Part shown: piece after piece, positions 58,119 through 64,000 of the stretch
How positions within the stretch are numbered: the stretch's first letter is position 1
Layout of the letters: every line of letters begins with the position of its first letter
Source of the DNA: a virus
Taxonomy: Duplodnaviria; Caudoviricetes
Virus record (IMG/VR): IMGVR_UViG_3300009095_000014
Location: 1-64,000 of that record
Length of the DNA stretch: 64,000 nt
Strand: one strand, 5' to 3'
Program-made: the position numbers and the translations under genes
The notes under the pieces: generated by a model
What the model saw: the letters and a program-made list of their open reading frames with translations, nothing else
Told to the model about the DNA's origin: nothing
Database searches by the model: none

Positions 58119-58192
58119 AAAACGTCCTCGGTGGAATGTGGTTCATATCACACCATTTGATATAGACCTTTCAATAACAACGGAGTACTCGC

Positions 58193-58657
58193 GTGAGTTA
58201 TCAATCGAAATTCGGATCGCTCTTTGGTGGCGCTGCCAGTCATCTGGAAAGCAAGGGCGAAGGTCCCGTGATTGGCGTCTACATCCCTGAAGGCGCTACG
58301 GTGAGCCACATCCCCAGTGTGGAAGGTTACACGGTGGTTGGTCGCGATTGGTGTGGAACGGCTTCTATGGAAGCCCGTGAGGCCATCCTGCACCATGTAC
58401 GCAAGATGATCGAAAAGGAAGAAGAGGAAGAACGCGAAGAAGAAGATTTCTACGACGACTATTCGCTCTTTGCTATCGTTCCGGAAATCGATCCGTACAT
58501 GATCGACTCGCTGGGTGAGCTGCCCCGTCAAACCGGTGCATGGTTGACCGACAGTGTGGAGAACTACTCCGGCGAAGTACTGGAGAGGGTGCGTCAATCC
58601 TTCGACGTGGATCGGATCTTCCTCAGTTACGAGGAATTCCAAGAAAGCCTGCGTTAA
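58193..58657 (+). CDS. Acidic hypothetical protein
   Basis: 154 aa from GTG (GGAG RBS); EKEEEEEREEEDFYDD tract; an ASME motif. Confidence 0.68.
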   Translation: MSYQSKFGSLFGGAASHLESKGEGPVIGVYIPEGATVSHIPSVEGYTVVGRDWCGTASMEAREAILHHVRKMIEKEEEEEREEEDFYDDYSLFAIVPEIDPYMIDSLGELPRQTGAWLTDSVENYSGEVLERVRQSFDVDRIFLSYEEFQESLR

Positions 58658-58663
58658 ACGCAT

Positions 58664-58693
58664 ATAGAGGGAGGGCACGTGCCCTCCCTCTAT
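58664..58693. terminator. Perfect 30-bp palindrome, CATA...TATG family, convergent junction
   Basis: atagagggagggcacgtgccctccctctat; flanked by gcat and gccg. Confidence 0.85.
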
Positions 58694-58699
58694 GCCGCA

Positions 58700-59614
58700 T
58701 CACTTCACCAAGGCGGTGGTCACACGATACAGGGCGTCTTCCACGTAACGGTCCATCAGGGTTTGACGGAGAGGGACGTTACGCTCGAAGAGTACCTTGA
58801 GGACTTCGGCGTAACGCTTGACGTCGTAGTCGAACGTCTTGGCCAGTTCACCGGTCAGACCCAGGGATTCTGCCTTCGGGATACTACGATCGAACGCATC
58901 GGCGATGATCTCGCGGACCTGGAGTTCTTCCGGGGGCAGTTGCACTTGGTCAGTAAAGGTGAAGGTGTCCAGTTCTTCCAGTTGGACCTGTTCCTCGACC
59001 TTGACCGACGGGGCGAACGATTGGTTCATTTCGGCGCGGTCATCACTGACATCCAGCGTCAACATACCGGTCGGACCACGCAGCACCAGAATGCCCGTGT
59101 GCGGGTCGTAGGTGGCACCCAGACGGATACCGGTGGGAGCGGGAGCGGGAGTGGGGTTCAGGTCCCACGACCGGCAATTGTGGTTGAGCTTCTCGTAGCT
59201 CTCGAAGAGCTTGTCGAAGTCGGGTTCAGGAATGGAGGCATCCACCCCGGCCAGGAACTTCACCGGGTCGGCGAGGTACTCCATTGCGGCCATGAACTTG
59301 GTATCGGGGTTGGCGGATGCCCGCAGGGACAGCTGCTCGTACTGATGTCGGCGATCGTACTTGCTGTAGGCCAGTAGGTCACCGACTTTGCGGTACAGGT
59401 CCTTGATGGCTTCTTCTTCACCGATCTTCGAGTTGTACTTGGCGGGGTTGACCGCACCCGATTGACCCACGGTGACGTAGCCGTTGACCAGATGGCCCAC
59501 GGCCAAGGTAGTCGTGGTCAGTTCAATGAACTGGATGTCGATGGACTTGATGGTATCCTTGATCTGGTCAAGGGTGATGTCATGTAGGTTGAAATGGGGG
59601 AATTGTGCTTTCAT
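58700..59614 (-). CDS. Phage Gp49/Sf6-gp66 (PF13876-like, Acb4-like) domain fused to an unknown ~200-aa C-terminal region
   Basis: Start ATG 59614 (AGGA RBS). ITLDQIKDTI...TTLAVGHLVNGYVTVGQSGAVNPAKYNSKIGEEEAIKDLYRKVGDLLAY fits the family pattern T.CVL.L.NGF.V.G.S.CV.P.NFD..IG...A.....K...L.GY; PTPAPAP linker. Confidence 0.7.
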   Translation of the reverse strand: MKAQFPHFNLHDITLDQIKDTIKSIDIQFIELTTTTLAVGHLVNGYVTVGQSGAVNPAKYNSKIGEEEAIKDLYRKVGDLLAYSKYDRRHQYEQLSLRASANPDTKFMAAMEYLADPVKFLAGVDASIPEPDFDKLFESYEKLNHNCRSWDLNPTPAPAPTGIRLGATYDPHTGILVLRGPTGMLTLDVSDDRAEMNQSFAPSVKVEEQVQLEELDTFTFTDQVQLPPEELQVREIIADAFDRSIPKAESLGLTGELAKTFDYDVKRYAEVLKVLFERNVPLRQTLMDRYVEDALYRVTTALVK

Positions 59615-59863
59615 GGTAATGCTTCCTGTGTAGGGCTGATGTGATAATCTCATCTGATCCTGACATGGAATTTTCTTTTACGGGAAGGTCTGTTATTTTA
59701 TGTCTTCACCACTTCGGTTTTTGGGAAGGGGGGAGACATTTTGATTGCGAGGAACGAGTAATCAAAATGGCGGGGGATGGGTAAGATAATAGCTCTATCT
59801 TCGGCGGAATCTGGAATGGAACGGTAGTGGAATGTAAGATGACAGAGAAGATAGATTCCTACT

Positions 59864-59898
59864 GTAGGCGCGAAGCGCCTACTTTATGCCGTCTTTTT
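59864..59898 (+). terminator. Orphan hairpin followed by TTTATGCCG and T tract
   Basis: gtaggcgc GAA gcgcctac + tttatgccgtctttttt; no upstream + strand gene. Confidence 0.5.
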
Positions 59899-60002
59899 TA
59901 CGCATCATTTAATCTCACCTTACTGTAAAAAAATACAACATTAAAGAAATACAAACACAGTGAGTGATATGAATCGAGCTATATCGCAAGGGGGTTACAG
60001 AC

Positions 60003-60125
60003 GTGGGTGAGTTAGAGCGAGAGAACGATGATGAATGGATCGGAGAGATCATCTGGTCACTGGTAGGGCTACTGGTGCTGTTTGTAGGGACGGGGATGTT
60101 TACGCTCAATGCTTTTCTGAGGTAG
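60003..60125 (+). CDS. Membrane microprotein, 40 aa
   Basis: GTG start after GGGGG; MGELERENDDEWIGEIIWSLVGLLVLFVGTGMFTLNAFLR. Confidence 0.55.
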   Translation: MGELERENDDEWIGEIIWSLVGLLVLFVGTGMFTLNAFLR

Positions 60126-60128
60126 TAT

Positions 60129-60266
60129 ATGAAGCGATGGTGGAACTCCATGTCCCCTAGCGAACGGTTGGCCACTACGACTCTGATCGTGCTGGCTACC
60201 GGTGCAATCGTGCAGATCGTCATGGTTTTCTGCATGTTCTACAACCACTTTCAAGGTGCGCAGTAA
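60129..60266 (+). CDS. Membrane microprotein, 45 aa
   Basis: GAGG RBS; MKRWWNSMSPSERLATTTLIVLATGAIVQIVMVFCMFYNHFQGAQ. Confidence 0.65.
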   Translation: MKRWWNSMSPSERLATTTLIVLATGAIVQIVMVFCMFYNHFQGAQ

Positions 60267-60406
60267 TGAAGACGCTTGTTTTCCGTACACTGTCGGGGAT
60301 GTGTTTCATGTTGATGATCGCGGGTGTACTGTGCTCGATCGTACCGCTGATGGTAACGAGTGCGCTGAGCGCTGCACGCGACTGGCTGGAGGCTAGGGCG
60401 ATCTGA
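60266..60406 (+). CDS. Membrane microprotein, 46 aa
   Basis: TAATG coupling; MKTLVFRTLSGMCFMLMIAGVLCSIVPLMVTSALSAARDWLEARAI. Confidence 0.65.
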   Translation: MKTLVFRTLSGMCFMLMIAGVLCSIVPLMVTSALSAARDWLEARAI

Positions 60407-60415
60407 TTCTAGATT

Positions 60416-60442
60416 TTTTCAATGATACATCACCCTAGTGTA
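60416..60442 (+). promoter_or_regulatory. Degenerate copy of the early promoter motif
   Basis: tttttcaatga TACATCAC ccta GTGTA, same spacing. Confidence 0.45.
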
Positions 60443-60492
60443 GGGGCGTCTCTCATTTGCCCTTATTTTGATAACCAGTTGGAGTAATAACC

Positions 60493-60651
60493 ATGCTGAT
60501 TCTTATCTCGGGTGTGATTGCAGTTCTGGCACTTGGTGCAAAGCTGGTGGTCAGTTCTGGTAACTTTACCGAAACCGTGATTAACACGGTAGACGGTATC
60601 TTCGGCTTGTCTGTGGCTGTATTCACCTTCATAGGGGCAACCGTATCATGA
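60493..60651 (+). CDS. Two-TM microprotein, 52 aa
   Basis: GGAG RBS; MLILISGVIAVLALGAKLVVSSGNFTETVINTVDGIFGLSVAVFTFIGATVS. Confidence 0.7.
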   Translation: MLILISGVIAVLALGAKLVVSSGNFTETVINTVDGIFGLSVAVFTFIGATVS

Positions 60652-60746
60652 AAGATCTATTGAAACCTCTGATCGCGTTGGTGGGCATCCCTTGGGTTAT
60701 CATCATCGCGATCATCGTCCTAGCCGTTGGCTTCGCCAGCATCTAA
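60648..60746 (+). CDS. Membrane microprotein, 32 aa
   Basis: ATGA coupling, GGGG RBS; MKDLLKPLIALVGIPWVIIIAIIVLAVGFASI; followed by hairpin. Confidence 0.65.
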   Translation: MKDLLKPLIALVGIPWVIIIAIIVLAVGFASI

Positions 60747-60758
60747 CCGGTATAAAAC

Positions 60759-60787
60759 GGGAGGGTCATTTGACCCTCCCTTTATGC
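60759..60787 (+). terminator. Hairpin followed by TTTATGC
   Basis: gggagggtc ATTT gaccctccc + tttatgc. Confidence 0.72.
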
Positions 60788-60814
60788 AGTAAATTCAAAA
60801 TAGGAGCAATAACC

Positions 60815-61549
60815 GTGAGTAAACAAAAGCCGAGCAACGTCAAGCTGTTGGAACCAGTACGGCACGGCATGAATGACATACCTAACAATGCAGTTTGCGC
60901 ACTCCACAATTGGAAGCGCTACGCTGTCAATTGGGGTAACTTGGTCTACGATGCCATTTTGCCGGACGACATCGATGATGTAACCATCCCTATCAATGCC
61001 GTGAAACTGGTGGTCAAGTCATACGACAACAAAGACACCTGCCTGACAACGCATTACGTGTCATCGAACTTACCCGAAATCGCATGGTCTCGGGTGTTTA
61101 CACAACTGGCCGATTCCTTGGCATACTACGGCATCGTCCCATTGGAAGCAGTGCGCATCGTCGCTGAATTCAATGTAGAACACGCCAGCGGTTCGCTCAG
61201 CCTTTGGTTGCAGCCGAATATCAACGCTTTCAGAGTTGAAGTGGATGGCGGCACGGTGGAGGTACAAGACCGTTCCGTTACACCTACCCCTGTCGAAGCT
61301 AACCAATTGGTGCTGCTCCAGTGTCAATCGGTCACGGGTGTTATTAAAACCTTGTGGCTGTCGCCGAGGGTGAAAGATACCCGCCCCGGTCCCATTACCA
61401 CCACGTTACTGAACGTCATGCGTCAGATCGAAGGTCACGAGTGGCTCAAGAACAGTCATAAACTGGTGGCCTTCTACTCGCCCCTTGAAAACGTGAATCT
61501 GACAATCCAGTATGTTTGTAAAGGGATAGGTAACATTAGAAAAGTCTAG
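60815..61549 (+). CDS. Hypothetical protein
   Basis: 244 aa from GTG 60815 (AGGAG RBS). Confidence 0.7.
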   Translation: MSKQKPSNVKLLEPVRHGMNDIPNNAVCALHNWKRYAVNWGNLVYDAILPDDIDDVTIPINAVKLVVKSYDNKDTCLTTHYVSSNLPEIAWSRVFTQLADSLAYYGIVPLEAVRIVAEFNVEHASGSLSLWLQPNINAFRVEVDGGTVEVQDRSVTPTPVEANQLVLLQCQSVTGVIKTLWLSPRVKDTRPGPITTTLLNVMRQIEGHEWLKNSHKLVAFYSPLENVNLTIQYVCKGIGNIRKV

Positions 61550-61594
61550 GTATTACCCATCCCAGTTCCGGGAGAGTATCCGTACGAGTGAAGT

Positions 61595-61640
61595 GCATAC
61601 AGGGGAGGCTTCGGTCTCCCCACGTATGTTTCTTTTTTTT
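61595..61640 (+). terminator. TTCG hairpin with CATA...TATG feet and T tract
   Basis: gcatac-a-ggggaggc TTCG gtctcccc-acg-tatgt + T run. Confidence 0.78.
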
Positions 61641-61650
61641 GATTCTAAAC

Positions 61651-61678
61651 TATTTCAAACCTACATTGTTCTGGTGTC
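61651..61678 (+). promoter_or_regulatory. Putative early promoter
   Basis: tatttcaaacc TACATTGT tctg GTGTC. Confidence 0.68.
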
Positions 61679-61741
61679 AAGGAGTAGTCCTCGACAATAA
61701 CCCGTGGCACTGTCGCCACTCACGTCCTAGGAGGACACGCT

Positions 61742-62398
61742 ATGAACAGTTACACTCAACAGATCGAAGCCGCCGCTGCGTACATCGCCCGCCGGGGCTC
61801 GTTGGATACGCTGGAAATGCGTATCATGCGGGAGCTGGATAATCGGTCCAGAAATGTCTTAACCAGCTTCATGGGTGAAGACGCCAACGAAGTCATCGCC
61901 GCCGCTAACCGCGGTGACTTCCTGGCAATCCTCTGGATGACGACCTACGGGTCAGATCCTGCCCGCGTGCAGGAGGGCATCTACCTGAAAACGGATTCGA
62001 TAGCCAAGTACGTGCAGCTGGTCATCGAATCCGACGGGTCCAGTCAAGGCGAGTTGTATAAACTCGCCAAGGCCCTGAACAAGGACGAGGAGGAGGACGG
62101 CTTCCTGCGCTTCTATGCGGAAGCACGCCGCCGTGTCGAGGATCTCCTCATCCGCGACACCAACGCGGAACTCAACCACATCCGCGAAGGGGAAGAAGGG
62201 GAGCGCGCCCTTCTGAACTGGCTGAGGGACCTGTCCGAGGACCAGATCTTTGATCTGAAGACCACTGCAGGGCTCACGGTAGGGCCGTTCCAGTACTACT
62301 GGAACTCCGTCGATTGCCCCGACCGGTGGTCCTTCTTCCTCGAAAGGGGAGGCAGGCTGTTGGAATGGGAGATCCATGGATCTTTCATCCGACAGTGA
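61742..62398 (+). CDS. Hypothetical early protein
   Basis: 218 aa, AGGAGG RBS in the shared leader. Confidence 0.75.
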   Translation: MNSYTQQIEAAAAYIARRGSLDTLEMRIMRELDNRSRNVLTSFMGEDANEVIAAANRGDFLAILWMTTYGSDPARVQEGIYLKTDSIAKYVQLVIESDGSSQGELYKLAKALNKDEEEDGFLRFYAEARRRVEDLLIRDTNAELNHIREGEEGERALLNWLRDLSEDQIFDLKTTAGLTVGPFQYYWNSVDCPDRWSFFLERGGRLLEWEIHGSFIRQ

Positions 62399-62406
62399 TG
62401 GATCGG

Positions 62407-62430
62407 CAGGTAGGGGATATCCCCTACCTG
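62407..62430. terminator. Perfect 24-bp palindrome followed by T tract
   Basis: caggtaggggatatcccctacctg + tctttcttttttt. Confidence 0.78.
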
Positions 62431-62453
62431 TCTTTCTTTTTTTCTTTTGTAAG

Positions 62454-62482
62454 CGGCATAAAGAGGAGCCCGAAGGCTCCTC
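62454..62482 (-). terminator. Minus-strand TTCG hairpin followed by TTTATGCCG
   Basis: Plus strand reads cggcataaa-gaggagcc CGAA ggctcctc. Confidence 0.75.
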
Positions 62483-62489
62483 GATGTAC

Positions 62490-62801
62490 TTACAGGTCGA
62501 AGTAGTACTTGCCCGTGAAGCCTTCTTCCTCGACGGTGATCTTGGCTTCCTTGGCCGTCTTCGGCACCAGACCTTCGGCGCGCAGGACCTCCAGCACCTT
62601 ACGGTAGCGAGTGGATTCACGCACGATGTACGGTGACTTACCCGTAAAGTAGAACGCAACGACGGCTTTCATTTCCTTGCCGGACTTGCCGACGAAGGTC
62701 ACGGTGTGCAGAGGTTTGTTTTCCGGAATCAGGTCAGACGGATGGTCTACATCGACGACGTTGATGATGGCGTTGTTAGTGCCCAGCGGAAACGATTTCA
62801 T
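62490..62801 (-). CDS. Hypothetical protein
   Basis: 103 aa, GAGG RBS. Confidence 0.72.
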   Translation of the reverse strand: MKSFPLGTNNAIINVVDVDHPSDLIPENKPLHTVTFVGKSGKEMKAVVAFYFTGKSPYIVRESTRYRKVLEVLRAEGLVPKTAKEAKITVEEEGFTGKYYFDL

Positions 62802-62820
62802 GCTACTTCCTCTTATGCAA

Positions 62821-63648
62821 TCAATGACGACCGCCGATGATCACGTTCTGAATTCGGCGGTACTTGGTGGTATCCATCATGACAGAAGACACACGCCAGT
62901 GCTCGCGCATGTGGTCTTTGTACATCTGATTGGCGTCGGCGTATGAATCTACGATTTCCCGGAAGCGACCGATGTTCACGCCGGCTCGTAGTTGACCTTC
63001 GTCGAGGGCGATGATCAGCTTGTTGTAAATATGGGCCTTGGTAGCCAAGACCACCAGTTCGCTGAACACGTCGTAATAGGCCGGAGGGACGTTGGCGAAG
63101 TTCGGCTCGTGACTGATCATACAGCGCAGGTACACTTCGTTGCCCATGGCTTGTGCATCACTGACCATTACGGTGTTATCACCGATAAGGGTCACGTACG
63201 CCGAACTGATCGCCGGAATCGGAGCACTGGCTTGGAAAATCCCATTGGCTACATCCAGTAGCGGCGACGCGCCATAGGTGGGCAAGTAGGTGGTCCCGTA
63301 GACATTACCCCGGTTGAAGCTGACCGAGTACACTGCCGTGATCGATCGCCCACCCGTGAGTTCCTTAGGGATTCGGTAGATGAAGTTATACGGGTCGATA
63401 CGTTCCTGCACCAGCCCGACCAAGGGAATGACCGTCTCGATACCCGAGCACAGGTTGACATCAATGGACACCCGCGCATCGACCACTTCCTTGCGGATGA
63501 TCGAATCCACGGATACCCCCAGTTGGTTATCGAGGCTGTACTCTCGACGACTGGGATTATAACGACGCGGCATGAAGGCTTCTTGTAGAACCTCCGCCGG
63601 GATTTCAAACTTCACCCGCTGGATGCAGATGGGGATAAGGTTCATCAC
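62821..63648 (-). CDS. Conserved phiKZ-like protein (probable virion component)
   Basis: 275 aa, AAGGAG RBS; RVKFEIP, LATKAHIYN, IVDSYADA motifs. Confidence 0.68.
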   Translation of the reverse strand: MMNLIPICIQRVKFEIPAEVLQEAFMPRRYNPSRREYSLDNQLGVSVDSIIRKEVVDARVSIDVNLCSGIETVIPLVGLVQERIDPYNFIYRIPKELTGGRSITAVYSVSFNRGNVYGTTYLPTYGASPLLDVANGIFQASAPIPAISSAYVTLIGDNTVMVSDAQAMGNEVYLRCMISHEPNFANVPPAYYDVFSELVVLATKAHIYNKLIIALDEGQLRAGVNIGRFREIVDSYADANQMYKDHMREHWRVSSVMMDTTKYRRIQNVIIGGRH

Positions 63649-63720
63649 AGGTCTCCTTTTAGGGGTGTGGCCTTACATGATTTTAGCAATATGAATGTTG
63701 ATCCTAAAAAATAACAGTTC

Positions 63721-63728
63721 TATATTAC
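63721..63728 (+). promoter_or_regulatory. TATATTAC, matching the phiKZ early promoter consensus
   Basis: Exact 8-mer in the AT-rich intergenic region about 100 nt upstream of phuZ. Confidence 0.4.
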
Positions 63729-63824
63729 GTATTTGCTCTCACAGCCTGAAGTCTCTTTAAGACATCAGTAAATCTTAACTAGCTCTGCAATGACTATGCA
63801 GAGATCCAACCCTGGAGTATAACC

Positions 63825-64000
63825 ATGTCGTCCAATGATCTGATCGTTTCCTACAATGGCCCCGTGGGCACCATGCGTCTGTATGGCTGCGGCGGCGGTG
63901 GTGTGAACATCGCCAAGAACTACGTCAACGCCAAGAAGCCCCGTCCGGGCATCGCCGAGATCTTCACCAGCTTCATCGACACCAGTCGCAGCAACACCGT
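63825..64000 (+). CDS. phuZ: PhuZ phage tubulin, partial (runs off window end)
   Basis: Not in ORF track. MSSNDLIVSYNGPVGTMRLYGCGGGGVNIAK...FIDTSRSNT; GCGGGG T1 loop and IDTS motif; GGAG RBS. Confidence 0.9.
   Translation, partial: MSSNDLIVSYNGPVGTMRLYGCGGGGVNIAKNYVNAKKPRPGIAEIFTSFIDTSRSNT

Noticed and set aside
59135-59157. gggagc tandem microrepeat
   Set aside because: Simply encodes the PTPAPAP linker on the minus strand; no evidence of phase variation.
7246-62482. Recurrent GGGAGGG/CCCTCCC hairpins as a CRISPR array or REP/MITE element
   Set aside because: Single copies at gene junctions, no spacers, variable stems, no target-site duplications or adjacent transposase.
1-64000. tRNA, rRNA, integrase, transposase, reverse transcriptase or DGR
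   Set aside because: None recognised by eye; tRNAscan-SE and HMM searches would be needed to exclude them formally.

Overview
This is a 64-kb segment of a phiKZ-like (Chimalliviridae, nucleus-forming) jumbo phage genome. Its early-promoter motif suggests, only weakly, an EL-like lineage; the host cannot be determined from this window. Core genes: central spike, SbcC-like ATPase, RNase H, UvsX/RecA, three of the four virion RNA polymerase subunit genes (gp149-, gp180- and gp178-like), a 2265-aa tail lytic-transglycosylase protein, prohead protease, head/inner-body paralogs, tail tube, tail sheath, large terminase, and the start of the PhuZ tubulin. The gp178-like beta gene is split by a 1361-nt group I intron (33350-34710) carrying an HNH homing endonuclease; P1, P3, P4, P7 and P9 can be paired by eye. 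Two islands of small genes (41.8-44.2 kb and 55.6-62.4 kb) follow a recurring TACATTGT-N4-GTGAC promoter-like motif. The most interesting content is a set of candidate counter-defence genes: a Csx20-like ring-nuclease homolog (55938-56300), a Gp49/Sf6-66 (Acb4-like) nucleotide-sponge domain fused to a long unknown domain (58700-59614), a NADAR-fold protein (18060-18587), and a run of five 32-52-aa membrane microproteins missed by the ORF track. Gene junctions carry a family of about 15 hairpins whose feet read (CGG)CATA...TATG(CCG). No tRNA, rRNA or CRISPR array was seen. All family assignments come from motif recognition by eye, not database searches.
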